A stretch of DNA of 55,085 nucleotides from Girardia tigrina (taxonomy: Eukaryota), in contig MQRK01227395.1 of NCBI GenBank assembly GCA_001938485.1, forward strand, positions 1 through 55,085. Reading direction: 5' to 3'. A program made the translations under genes and the position numbers. Positions 13,149 through 26,824 of this stretch are shown here, in pieces; positions within the stretch are counted from its first letter, which is position 1, and the number at the start of each line of letters is the position of its first letter. The notes under the pieces were generated by a model, which was not told where the DNA came from, made no database searches, and saw nothing but the letters and a program-made list of their open reading frames with translations.

Positions 13149-13183
13149 CAATACTAGTTTCGCCATATTGGCATCTTCAGTTG
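13149..13183 (-). ncRNA. Minimal type I hammerhead ribozyme (PLE-type)
   Basis: CAA-CUGAAGA-U-GCCA/aua/UGGC-GAAA-CUAG-UA-UUG; palindromic stem III, GUA triplet. Confidence 0.85.
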
Positions 13184-13627
13184 ACTAATTGAAATTTCAG
13201 ATTGAAGTCCCTTTTATATAGCGGTAGACTGTTACGCAATATTCAATTTAAGGCTTTTTTTATAATTTTAATTTTTTATTACTTTTTTTAATTAAAAAAA
13301 ATTGTTAATTAACATTCTTAATTAAGCATTATAAACCATGATTAAATGTTCAAAGTGATTCCTCAAATTACATTAAAATATTTTAATTCTTAGTTTTTTT
13401 GTCTTCTGTTTCTTTTAAGTTTTCTTTTTTTGTCTTTTTCTTTTTTTCTTTTTGAATAAATAATTAAAATTTTGAATATTGATTTTTAGACGTTTTTTCT
13501 TGTAATTATTTTTTTTAATTAAAAAAAGTAATAAAAAATTAAAATTATAAAAAAAAGCCTTAAATTGAGTATTACGTAACTGTCTACTGCTATATAAAAG
13601 GGACTTAAATCTGAAATTTCAATTAGT

Positions 13628-13662
13628 CAACTGAAGATGCCAATATGGCGAAACTAGTATTG
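13628..13662 (+). ncRNA. Minimal type I hammerhead ribozyme (PLE-type)
   Basis: Identical to the inverted copy at 13149-13183; TATA box TATATAAAAG at 13591-13600. Confidence 0.85.
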
Positions 13663-14390
13663 CAAAATAAAAATAAATGTTTGGAAAAATGGCTATTTTT
13701 TGTTTTATTAATCCGATTGCCATTTGAATTAATTGAGAAGAATATTATAATTATATTATACATTTAATAAGAAAATAACTTGCAATTAATTTCTTTTTAA
13801 TTAAGAAAAGAATAAAATATTAACATATTCAAATAAAATTTTGACATTCATTTTATCAGTTCTGAAGAACAGTCACATTGGGTAGATCAAAAATTCAAAT
13901 AAAAAAAGTTTTCTTTGAAAAACAATTCCCCAATTTTACATAAATCCCATTCGGAACGGCTCATGGTAATTTAATAGGATCATCTTATACAAAATAGAGG
14001 AAGAATAGACACTTTGTAAAGTAATATCCTTATCGATTTTGATTTTTTAGGAAACGAAAAAAAATTTCTACAATATTTCACATTTTTCATTCAACTGCCA
14101 GAGATTGCTTTAATCTGCTTTTGCCTTTAATCTTCATTTAGATATTCGATTTACCATTCAACTTTTCACGGAAATCTAACTTATTAACTGCAAAAAAAGC
14201 CTATTGTAAAATTAGTATTCCTCAATGAACAAGTAGAGATGTATTTCAACTTTAATAAAAAAGGAGAAGTTACAAATAAAAAATATTTATTTGAAATTTT
14301 ATTTTATGTGCAAAACATTGAAAAAAATAATATAAATAATAATTTATTAATAAATGAATTTGTTTATAAATTTGTTTAATTGATGAAAAT

Positions 14391-15183
14391 TGTTGGGGTT
14401 CCTTTTGGTGAACTTTAAATTTTTGATATTTTTAAAAAAAACATATTTATATTTTAGATAAAGTAAAAATAATGTCGATTAATAAATATGAAATAATTCT
14501 TTAAAATAAAAAATTTAAGTTATAGATAATATTTTTACTAATGAAAATAAATAGGATTTTTTTAAAAAATATATTTTATAGTAACATTTCTACTAATTAA
14601 ATCGAAATAATTTTTGTAAAAATTATAGTTCACAGATAGTATTTTACTAATTAAAAAAAAATAATTTTTATAAAAAAATTATAGTGTAATGATAATATTT
14701 TAATTAAATTGGAACAATTTTTTGTAAAAATGAAGTTTTATAAAATTCACAATTAAAATATCATCTTCGAAGTTAAAGAATATTGTAAAGAAGATTTTGA
14801 TATATTTTGTAACACTATTTAAAATAAAATCATAATACCTTTTAAATGTATAAAATCATTATTAAGTAAAATAAATTTTAAAAAGAATGTACTTTTTATT
14901 AAAAACAAATAAAAGGTTTTTAAAAATATTTTTTAAAATTTAAATTTATATTTCAATTAATAAACATTGTAAAAAAATAATAAAGCAAAAACAAAATATG
15001 ATTTATACAAAATTGAATAAAATAACATATTTGTATATTTATCGATATTATTATTTATATTTAGAATTTTGAGATCTGGATTATGTAATTAAAATGTTGT
15101 TCCTCATAAATTTGTTTCAAAAATGAAAATTGTAATAGAAATAAAGTTTACAAAATTATGACTTCGAATTGTAATCACGAACC
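14391..15183 (+). repeat. ~800-bp dispersed AT-rich repeat; inverted copy at 38220-40576; contains the empty site of the 38.9-kb Penelope insertion
   Basis: Long near-identical reverse-complement match read by eye. Confidence 0.9.
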
Positions 15184-16452
15184 CAATAGAAATAATAAAT
15201 CAATTTTAATTTACTAATTAGGTCAAGGAAAACCTCATTTATTCTTTTTCCAATAAACTTTTGTCTTAATCATTGTAGTGTTAACTAAATAGGAAAAACT
15301 GCTGTATTTTATGGTTTTTCTATTATTTGTTCGCATTTGTATATGTACTCCATGTAACTATGTTTGATGATCTGTAATTATTATTTTTTTTTTATTTTAT
15401 CGAAGAAAAAACAAAGATTCCGAAAAAAGTCAAGTCCAAAAAGAAAAAAAGAAAGACATTTAAAATAAAAGAAAAATAGACAAAAGAAACAATCGCAATT
15501 CTTTTCTTCCCCCTCTGGAAACATTCTGGAAAAATAACGAAACATTCTTATAATCGTTATATAATGGCTAAGAAGGAATAATTATGTGTACTGAAAATAA
15601 ATTCTACAATAAAACAACAAAGTGGAAAAATAAAGAAACACATATTCTTTTAAAGCGTTCTAGTGTAGAGGGGGTCGATTGACTAGATTATCAGTTCCAC
15701 TATTTCTGTAATTATGAGCTCTGCAGCATCACAAGTGATGGAGAATTCTGTAATAAACAAATCTGCATAATAATTGGAATTAATATTTGAAATTTAAAAA
15801 TTACCAATCAATGAAAAAAATCAATAGAAATAATTAGATAAAATATATGGCAACAAAAAATTAATTGCAAAAAAATGACATTGAAGATTAATTTGAAATA
15901 TTAGAACTAAAGCCAAATACCAAAAGAAAACTGGTTTATTTATATATTTCTGACATTTTTCCCGATCTGTACGTTTCATCGTTTAATTATAACGCTTGTT
16001 TCATTATTTTATTTTTTTCTTATTTGTTAAAATCCGTTATTTAGTTATACTTCACCAAGTTCACCAAAATGTCCCTTGGTTAGCTTTGTTGGTATTGTCT
16101 TAATCATGATTGCATTTAAAGATGTGTTATGTTTTGGGTTGAAGATTCTTCATTCTTTCCTATATCATTGACTCTTAATAATGAGGCATGGTCACAAAAA
16201 TCAATAGTTTAATCATTAAGAACAATAATATGGTTTCCAATACTTTTTTTGACATCACAACTCGAATTGCCCCAGGACAATTCTCCACAAACTTTGGTAG
16301 TTTGACATCGTTCTTGAATGATTATTTTTTTTATTTTATACTAATCGAACAAATTTAAATTACGATCCCTCACTAAAATAATTTTAAATTATTTTCAAAA
16401 ATATTTTATTTCATTTTCAATATATTATTAAATAAATCTGATAAATCAAAGT

Positions 16453-18377
16453 TGATGGCAAAGTTTTATTTTTCCGATCAAAAATCCCCAGGCTCAAAGT
16501 TCCGGCAATTAATTAGTCCAGTAAAACAATCGTATTTTATTCCGATTGCTATTTCTCCACACGCACCCTGCTCTCAAGGCACACAAGTAGACACCGCTTG
16601 AGCAGAGGGAACCCGATCATCGACACTGGCTTGAATTCCCATACAGACGAATTCCTCGAATATCGGTGGACGGTGAATAGCTCTTTGTGGCCGCCCCACC
16701 GGAGACTCTACTCTCTCTTCTAACTCGCATTCGACGGCTTGTGACCCGTCTCGATCGTTATTTTTACTAATTGCGCGTGGATCGCCCGTATCTCTGATCT
16801 CGGTTCGTCCGACATCATCACTGCTCACCGCTGGTAGGGCCAACCGCACGTGACTTACATGGTAGGGTCTGCCGTCGACTTCCACTTGATGCGGCAAGTG
16901 CAATTCGGTAATGGTTGGACGTTTCCACTGTGACATACATGAATACGATGGTGCCGGTTTCACGAATACTTCATCTCTGATTCGAAATACTTTAATTCGT
17001 ATTTCTCGACTTCGACTGATGTTAGTGCGGTTGAATATCTTCGGCAATAACAGAGCGGAGCTCTATAACTGCCTTCTGACTTACACTGCGCTTGTTGCAG
17101 TCCATCTACTGTAGTAGCGCCGAATCTGATTCCTTCTCCTAAAGTAGTTACATTCTACCCTCTCATTGAGGCGATTGTATCCATTCCTGCGATCATCTCC
17201 ACTCTAATTGACTGCAAACTTTTAGCCAACAAAATTCAGCACTTTAAAAGCTTCCCCGACACTTCAATCTTCACCCATGCCTCGTGTGTCACTACTGCTT
17301 GACCGAGTACCATTTGCAGTTTTTCGGATACACTTTGAATCTGATCCGGTCGCACCAGCCGCTGTTCCATCATAGTAACGGAACACCCCGTGTCGATGAC
17401 TCCTCTCACCATCTTTCCTCCGACTTGGAAGAAGACTACGGGTAACTGCGCATCGACATTCACAGGAACCCTCCCTGCGCAGACGAGAGGGCCTGTTGAT
17501 CTTTTCCCCACTTTCAATTCCGTTGTGGACAGGCCGCGCAAAAATGATCCAGTGCGCCGCAGATGAAGGACGCTCTGAATTTTAAAACTTGTGATGGACC
17601 CTCATTCACTTCTAGCGACGCCTTGCAGTCCTGTTGCAGATGACCGCGCCGGTTGCATCTAAGACACTGTCTCTGATTTGCGCCGTACTTGACGTTCGTC
17701 GCTGATGCCACAACTTCGCCGCTTGGTGGTTCGACTGCCTTTTCTGTTCTCGTGTTGTTGCGGAGAACTGACCGCGCCATTTGGATCAGATCTTGTAGGA
17801 GCTTGTTTTCCTTCCAGGTCTCCGACAAAAGATGTTTCGACACTTTTATCGGCAGTCCTGCAAGAAATGCTTGGCGCAATAAATATTCATGCCCTCCTAC
17901 CCTATGCAGATGACGGTCCCGAACCGCCGCAGAGACGAAATATACTCCTCGATCGATTCGCCCGGTTGAATCGATCGCGATCTAAATTTCTTGAACGCTT
18001 CTTGGGGATAGGGACCGAATGCTTCTGACAATGCGGCCTTTACCACATCATAGCTCCGCTGATCCTCGCTCGTCAACCCCGAAAAAAGGTCAAGCGTGCG
18101 CCCGTCCAAGAGCATCGGTAGCGCCGCTGTTTTGTCGATGTCACAGACTACCGCTGCGGCATCAAACTTGCGACACCAAATCGCGAAATCGCCGCAGCCA
18201 TCATATGTTCGGACTGCATCTGTAGATTTCATCCGGTTTATGACTGCGATAGCTTGATAAGTCGAAGCTGATGGCAAAGTTTTATTTTTCCGATCAAAAA
18301 TCCACAGGCTCAAAGTTCCGGCAATTAATTAGTCTAGTAAAACAATCGTATTTCATTCCGATTGTTATTTTTCCACA
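16453..18377 (-). mobile_element. Non-autonomous Ty3/gypsy-type LTR element (1925 bp): gag, protease and integrase tail; RT, RNase H and IN core deleted
   Basis: 109-bp TG..CA LTRs at 16453-16561 and 18269-18377 (5 mismatches); knuckle CLRCNRRGHLQQDC plus a degenerate second one; protease VIDTGC; IN tail 'FRIRDEVFVK...EVDGRPYHVSHVR'; purine-rich GAGAGCAGGG before the 3' LTR. Confidence 0.92.
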
Positions 18378-18648
18378 AAATCTTTACGTTAAAATAACAT
18401 TATTAAACTATTTTGATTAAAATATTATTATATATTTATTGATTAAGATATGATATTGATTTTAAAGTTACTGTGGTGCAGTGATTAAAATAGGAAGAAA
18501 ACAATTTGTTAAAAAAAATTACATTTGTTTAAATAAACAAAAGGATGTATAAAAAATTTGAATTATCGCTGAACAATAAATGTTATTGACCGTGGTTGTG
18601 TTTTTTTTCTTTTTTATAGAATGACTTGCTTCGCCATGGTATATTAAA

Positions 18649-18888
18649 TGTCATGGACCGGAACCCGTATCACTCGTCATGGGGAAAAATCGGTCCGACC
18701 GAACTCAGCACTGTCACGATCGAACTGTGTGAATACCACCGACCGACAAGCGACTATGTGTAGACCGATGATCACTTGACTCGATCGGCTCACGGCTTCC
18801 GTCGAATGAATACGTCAATCTCTAAGGCAGTGACTCTCGGCAAGTTGAAAATATGCTGGTTGCCACAACTTGATCTGGTGGCCAGTAC
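18649..18888 (+). mobile_element. Orphan 5' LTR plus primer-binding site complementary to tRNA-Ile(AAU)
   Basis: GC-rich block with TG start (18649 or 18712) ending ...GCCACA at 18867; TGGTGGCCAGTAC at 18876-18888 matches the recalled tRNA-Ile 3' end (GUACUGGCCACCA). Confidence 0.6.
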
Positions 18889-21639
18889 CTCTGTTGTATA
18901 AGATTGTCAGAATAATATCTGACGGTTCAACACATTTAAAATATTTATCTTCCATCTGGATGAGAGAAACGCATTCTTAAAAACAACATACAATATGCAT
19001 CATTAGAAAATATTCTTTACAATGTATTAAATATATTTGGGATGAAGATTCTTTTTTCCTTCGTGTATCATCAATTCTTAACAATAAATCACCAAGGTCA
19101 CAAAAATCAATAGTTTCGACATAATTTGCATTGGATATACAGTTAGATATGTAAATTTTAGAAACTAAAAACACAATTTTTTTAAATGAAATTTGAAAAA
19201 TATATAATACATTTTCAAATACTAGCGTTGTGATGAAATACAAGTTAATCAAAAATTTGTGTTTGCAAAACAGACTCAATCAAATCAAAACAAAAATCAA
19301 TCAGATCGTATTTTTTATTTGATTCATGTATTGTCATAGAGATTACACATTTAAGCGAAATTTGAGCTCAATTGGACTACGGAAAGTGGGTGAAATATGG
19401 ATTGAATATTCAACCCGAACAAAAATTTCATGTAATAATATTATTATATCAAAACATATATTAAAATATAAATAAAAAAATATTTTTGTAAAATAATTTG
19501 TAAGAATTAAATTACTTTTAATCCGGAACAATAATTTGGTTTAATGTAGTTCCCATTACAAAAATTAATTTCCGTAATATTATACAAGGATTCTAATAAA
19601 TTATTTAATATTATTTATATATTTATATCTCAATATCCAATTATCCCGTTTTTTTAATATATTTTAATAAAAAATATATTACAAAAAATAATATTATAAA
19701 TTTTTTTTCAGTTTTTTTCGGTTAAATTATTTTTTTGTATTTTAAGTTTTATTCATCAAAAGTAAACAATTCCGCTTATTTTAAAATAATAATTAAACTA
19801 TTTTAATTTGTATTAAATTCTATAAAAAAATAAACAAAGTAATTTCTTTAGTTATGAATCAATTAAAATTTAATTAAAATACTTTCAATGAAATTAGAAA
19901 GAAAAAATTTTTAATTGGTTATTCGTAATCTTAATAGAAAAAAATGTTTATTTTGCTTGAATAATTATTATAAAAATCGTTTTTATCAATAATAAAATAA
20001 TTTGAAAAATAAATAAAATAATATTTTTTGTTCAATATGAATTCTTTGTTAAAAGTTGATTCATCAAATTAAACAGAACTTGTAGCTGAAAAGGTTACAG
20101 GCAAGATCAAAATAAATTATCCAAGAACATTTTATGCTTCCAAAAGTGTTTTCCTGAAACAAATAATCAGACATGTGTGAAGACATAAAGTCTTTTGGAA
20201 ACGCGAATGCTTAAACATTGAGGTTCTTCTGATTTTCAAATGAAACTTTAACATCTCATAAAAGAGTTCTCAACTTTGTTATGTCTAATACCATAAAAAA
20301 GGTTCATAAATGGTTCTGATTGATATATAGTCAGAGTCCAAAAGAAAATTTTCATTAATTTGATGAATCCAAAAGAGAAGAGATATATATCATCAGCGAT
20401 ATGTAAAATTTCAATATTTTTATATTTGTATATTTGAAAATTTGAATTTACAGTTTTTTTAAACAGAAAAATTGTGATAACAAAACACACACGCACGCAA
20501 CTAACACACATGTCCAATCAAATTTGAAAACTTTACATTCACACACATACATGTAATCATAATAATACACACATTCATATTCAAACAAATACATATTAAA
20601 AATTACCTTATATGAGATTAGTGAATTCACGAAGAAATCACGTGATTACAATCACATATTTTCCCTTTCCAACAAAAAATTGAAAATAAATTAGTGTATT
20701 TGAAGGAAGAATTTCCTAATGTTCACTGCGTGTCTCAAAGCTTAGTATTAACGACATAACAATTTGAGTGTAAACATTTATTAACAACACAAACGTTTTC
20801 AGTAGCAATTTCTGCGAGAAGCATCATTCTTGATTAATAATTTTTTTCAATGTATTTAAATCTTTAAATTAATTAATGTGATAAAAATAATTTTAACTTT
20901 TAATTTCTCAAAATTTTATTGGATAAAAATGCATTACGTAATTTTTTAAATAAACATTAGTTTTTTTAAAATATATATAATTCAATAAGTTAAACAGTTT
21001 ACTAAAATTATTATTAAAATTTATAATTATAAAACTTTTGATTAATTAGTATTTAAACATTAATCTCATTAAATTAATTTCATTAGATTTAAATAATTAA
21101 TCAATCTCATCTGATTAGGAGAGTCACCAATCTAAACAACATACAAACTACGAACTTACAACATTCAGAATTTTCCCTTACACTTAGCCTTTGCAATTTA
21201 AAATGCTAGGCAAATATTATATTATACACTTTCAATTCAATAAAAATAATATAATATAAAAATTATATAATCTGGACAATTCTGATTTAGATGAAGTTGC
21301 TGTTCGATTCACATTCGGGGGGCCCATATTGAAGTTAACCCAAAAAATAATATTTCGAAAAATTCGTGAAACCAAATTCAATGAGTTAATTATTCAAAAT
21401 GAGATCAAAAATAAAGACATCGAAAGATTCTTAACGACAAATTAAGAAAACTAAAACAATCGAATAGTGCGATAAAAATTATCAAATCTATCAAAAACGA
21501 GAAATTGTTGACATTTGAAAATTGAAAGATGACCTCCGATTCCAAAGAATTAAATCCACAATCGCTGTTCGTGAAAAAGCATTAAAAGAAGTTTGCAAAA
21601 ATTTCAAAACCAAAAAAGGATTTCAAAATTTACATCAGA

Positions 21640-24600
21640 GACAATGGCAAGACGGAAAATGCCAAAAGCCGAATTGGAAGAGAAATTTGACAAGGAGACG
21701 TAATCAAGCCTTGGAGGCACTTCGAACGAATGAGGAAGTGCAGAAAAGAGGCGAAGATTACGAAAATGAGTTCGAAAAGGCGATGAAAAAGTTCGAAGAC
21801 CTCGTACATTTGGGTAAGGAATTAGACCACAAAGATGAAGTGGCAAAGCTGATGGACGAGATGACAGAAATCGAGAACAAACATGATGAATATCAGTCAA
21901 AATTCGAGGCGGAGACCGATCGGAAATGGAAATCAACTGAAGCTTCAGAAAACAAGAATTCCAATCATTCGCCAGCAAGTTTGGGAACGTTCCGATTGAA
22001 ACGATTGCAGCTGCCCAGGTTCTCTGGGAATGTTATTGAATATGCCAAGTGGAGACAGATTTTCGACGAATGTGTCGAGAAGATGGAGATTCCGGATGTG
22101 GACAAGCAGCTGCAATTGGAAGAATGTCTAGATGTTCAAGCTCGAGAGCTTGTGAAAAACTTTGGATTTGGAGGAGGAGCTTATAAAGCTATACTAGATA
22201 AAGTTGAGAAGTTTTATGGTGGTGAAAATCGCAGTTACTCGGCAATTGTGAAGGAGGTAGCCGAGTTTCACCCCATTTCCGAAGTCACAGCTGCACAATT
22301 GGACAAACTTGTGTCCTTGCTGGATAGTCTTGTGCTGAGATTAAGGACAATTGGGAAGGCAGGGGAATTGGGCAATGGACTGTTCTACCAAAGTCTATTG
22401 CAAAAGCTGCCAGTGGACATAGTATTAATGTGGGAGAGGCACCGCCAAGGATCGAATCTCGGAGAAGGAGTGGTGACATTGAAAGAGTGGCTGGAGAAGG
22501 AAGCAGAACTCCAAAGAATAGCGGCCGAGGCAGTCCATGGCATCGGGATGTTGAGTGCCGATAGAAATAGGCGAACGATCATAAACAACGATCGGAAAAA
22601 ATCCTTTGTTTCTATGACTGCAGAGTTTCAAAAATCAAANNNNNNNNNNNNNNNNNNNNNNNNNNNNNNNNNNNNNNNNNNNNNNNNNNNNNNNNNNNNN
22701 NNNNNNNNNNNNNNNNNNNNNNNGCTTTGCAAGAACATCTTCAAACAATCGTGTAATACGGTCGACTGCAGATACTTTCACAGAAAGATCGGTACTGAAA
22801 ACCGCCACGATGCAGAGTCAAATGATGGACATAAAGATGGACACGATGAGTCTGGAAGTAGAAATCACACGCTGATCACAAGCACCAGCATGAGACATAG
22901 TCAACAGAGGGAGCAACAAGGAGTTATTGCTCTGCGAACCGTAAGTGCGTGGGTGACAAATGGTGACAAATGGCTGAGAGGAAATGTTTTATTGGATGAC
23001 ACCAGCACAGAGACTTTCGTGAGTCAGGCCTTCGCGAATGAATTGCAGCTGTATGGAGATCAAGCCAAGATCAGTGTCCAAGTTCTGGGAGGAGCAAGAA
23101 GGTCAATACCAGTGCAGAGAGTGAAATTTCAAATATGTGATGAAAGAAGACGAGTTAAAGAGAGTATCTCAGCACTTGTGGTGAAATATGTGACCGGGCC
23201 GATGGAAATAGTTGATTGGAATCAGGCAAAATCCAAGTGGAGTCATTTAAAAGGAATACGTTTTCCGAGGATCGGCAAGAAAGGTGTGATTGATGGACTG
23301 ATCGGTGCAAATTATTTGAAATTACAAACAGCAATAAAGGAAGTTCGAGGACATCCGGAAGATCCAGTTGCGCGTCTTACTCCGCTGGGATGGACGTGTG
23401 TGAGGAAGGTACACCAAGATTATAAATCAACGCAATCCAATTTTATTTGGACATATTTCAGCAGCGAAATCAAAGTAGAGAGCGACATGGAACTTCTCTG
23501 GAAATTGGAAGAATTCGAAAATCTCGACGATGTTAAAGAAAGATGTAATGCAAGCAAAGAAAATGGAATCCTCAACCGAGAGTTAGAAACTGCTCATTAT
23601 GATGGGGAGAGATATTATGTCAGATTACCATGGAAAGACAATGATGAATCGTGGCCAAAAACGTTCGGAATGGCAAATAATAGATTGAAATCCCTCCGAC
23701 GAATGTTAGATAAACAACGGGAAGTGAAGGAGGTCTATCAGAGAGTGTTGCAAGAATATACCGAAAAAGGATACATCTCAGAAGTTGGATCAGTGAACAG
23801 AGATGAACAACAATGGATCTTACCACATTTCCCTGTGGTCAAGCGTAACCAAAGAGAAATTAAACTCCGAATTGTGTTTGATGCAGCTGCCCAAGTTCAA
23901 GGAGATGTCTTAATGATTATTTGCACACAGGGCCAAAGCTGCAATCAGAATTATTGGATGTACTTCTGAGAATGCGAAAAAATCGTTACATAATATCGTG
24001 TGATATCAAGGAAATGTATCTGCAAGTGGAGGTGTGTAAAGATGATAGAAAATTCTTGCGTTTCCTGTGGGAAGACGATCAGAGCGGAATATTGAAGACT
24101 TTCGAATTCAATCGAGTAGTGTTTGGTCTAAATTCATCGCCGTTTTTAGCACAGCTCGTTTCCAGAATAAATGCAGATCAATTTGAGGAAAAATATCCAC
24201 GCGCGGTTGAAGTTATAAAGAAATCGACATATATGGATGACTGTATAGATTCTGTGAATTAGGAAAAGGAGGTGACAAAGCTGTTCAGACAATTGAAAGA
24301 GATATGGGGTCACGCCGGAAATGGAAATTCATAAATGGGCCTCAAATTCTGAAAAATTGATGCAGTTAGTTCCGGAAGAGAAGCGATCAAGGAATATTAC
24401 GTTTGAAGAAGAAGGGGCGACGACTACCAAAACCTTGGGGTTGAAATGGGACGTCTCAAAAGATATCTATTGTTTTGATGCCAGAAAAGCAGATGGTGAA
24501 ACAAAAATGACAAAACGAACATTACTGAGTCAAATTGCAAGGATATTCGATCCATTAGGATTTTTGAGTTGTGTCACCATAAAAGGAAAGAACTTGATGC

Positions 24601-26824
24601 AGAAACTATGGATTATGAACTTAGACTGGGACGATAATTTGCCAGAGGAATTCCGAAAGGACTTGCGGAATTGGCATGAACAATTGGAACGGTTAGATCG
24701 ATTGCAATTCAAACGATATCTGGGAGTTTCGCCAGACTCTTCGATTTCATGCCATGTGTTTTGTGATGCCTCTTGCGAAGCCTATGGAACCGCAGTATAT
24801 TTGAGAGTAGAAAATGAGAACGAAGTAGTTGTAAATCAAGTGTTTGCAAAAGCTCGAGTGACTCCAGTGAAAGCGGTCTCGATTCCAAGATTGGATGTTT
24901 AGCGGTGAAGGTGGGCCAGAGAGTGGCCAATTCGTTGGGAGTCAATGTCGAACAGACCTTTTATTGAACAGACAGTATGGATGTCTTATATTGGATTCAG
25001 CAACGAAGCAAGGTCTTCAAAACGTTCGTGGCAAATCGTGTAAGCTATATCCAAGAACGAACAACAGGGCTTCAATGGCGTCATGTGAGTTCAAAGTCCA
25101 AACCTGCTGATTTGCTCACGCGAGGAGCAACGGTTGAACAATAAACGGCCAATGAGATCTGGAGAAGCAGACCTGACTTTCTGTCAAAAGGAAGTGAAGA
25201 ATGGCCGAAACAACCAGCAATGTCAATTAAAGCAAAGAACGAAGAACGCAGAAAAGAGTTCATAATGATGACTGTAGTTTCGGTGGATGAACCAGAGGAG
25301 ATAGATGATACCAAATTCTAAATTCTGAAAGGAGAAACGGAGTGGGCGAAGGCAATTGTGGAAAAGGCCGAAAGTCTAAAAGACGAGATGGAAAATGCAC
25401 CAAGGAAAGATGTAATAGACAATAACAGTTTATCTAAAAATGAATCTCAATGGACGCGCATGGCTGAGAAAATGTTAATAAAAGAAGATCAATTGAAGCA
25501 TTTTGAGAAAGAGATAAAGCTCCTACAGAATGGGGCTGATTGTCCAGTGAGCAGTCGAATTTTGAAAGCAAATCCAGTGATGGCATCAGACGGATTGCTT
25601 CGATCGAACAGCAGGATCGTGTTGACTGATGTGGTACCGTGGGAAACGAAATATCCGATCATATTAGCTCCCGATTCGGACATTACAAAAATGATTATCA
25701 ACCATTACCACATTAATTTGAGACATTGTGCCGGAGCCAGCCATCTACATGCCGAATTGTCAAGGAAGTATTTGTTCCCAAAAATGAAAAAGAAAATCAA
25801 AACTGTGATCGGACGATGTCAAGAATGTAGACGGAACTCTGCGACTGGAAAGTTCCAAAAGATGGCACCGTTGCCAGAGTTCAGATTGAAGGAAGCATTA
25901 CGGGCTTTTTCAGTAGTAGGAGTCGACTTTGCGGGACCTATTTGTATCAAGGTCGGACGTGGGAAGGTCCGGGATAAAAGGTATATCTGTTTGTTTACTT
26001 GCCTCTAGAGTTGAGGCATACATCTCGAACTGGCCTCAAATCTGGAAACAGATGCCTTCATCAGAGCGTTTATGCGATTCATGAGCAGACGAGGACGACC
26101 TTCCACAGTTGTGAGTGACAATGGTACAAATTTCGTCGGTGCCGTGTACGAGATAGTAGAGTTGAAGCTGGACAATTATAGATTACAAAGTGAGTTCGAG
26201 AAACATGAGATCAGGTGGATCTTCAATCCACCAGGAGCTTCACATTTTGGAGGGGCATATGAGGCGATGGTAAAGTCAGTCAAAACGGTTCTAAATAAAA
26301 TCCTACCAGAGGCCGATGTGACGGAAGAAGAGTTGACAACAGCTTTGATCATGACAGAGGGGATTATAAACCAGAGACCATTGACTGTGAAGTGTGAAGA
26401 TCCTGTTGAGGAAGTCCCTTTGTCACCAAATAATCTGATTATAGCTGGGTGGGATGGAGAGCATTCTGGAGAATTGACAGGATCCACTAAAAGTCGTATT
26501 GCTGCCCGATGGCGATATATTCAGAATTTAACCAAACAGTTCTGGTGTAGATGGAGGAAGGAAGTTCTGATCTCTTGGAGAACTAGAAAGAAATGGAGGA
26601 GAGGAGAGATCAAATTCTTACCTGGAGATAATGTATGGATATTGGAAGAGAATGCCAGACGGGGACATTGGAAGGTCGGGAGAATTACACAAGTATTCCC
26701 AGGTAGAGATGGTGTGGTTCGTGTGGTGGACGTCGAGATTGCAAAGAAGGTCCACCGAATGCCTGTGAATAAATTGAGTAAGATGGAATTGGACGAGGAG
26801 GATCCAATCCAGTTGAGTCAATAA
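21640..26824 (+). mobile_element. BEL/Pao LTR retrotransposon gag-pol, nearly complete but disrupted by stops and frameshifts
   Basis: Gag 'LKRLQLPRFSGN..EY..W'; protease LLDDTS; RT 'LPHFPV', 'DIKEMYLQV', 'YMDD'; RNase H 'HVFCDAS...KARVTP'; IN HHCC, 'GVDFAGP', 'SDNGTNF', 'GGAYEAMV'; C-terminal 'GRDGVVRVV'. Confidence 0.97.

Larger units (their letters stand above)
13106..13740 (+). mobile_element. 5'-truncated Penelope-like element with inverted pseudo-LTRs and a 15-bp TSD
   Basis: ~200-bp inverted arms (about 13103-13301 and 13508-13708); GIY-YIG tail 'LIKHYKP*LNVQSDSSNYIKIF*' at about 13318-13386; AATATTATAATTATA at 13091-13105 and 13741-13755. Confidence 0.85.

Noticed and set aside
21301-21640. 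Candidate BEL 5' LTR starting TGTTCGATT
   Set aside because: No similarity to 27340 onward beyond the first few bases, and no PBS.
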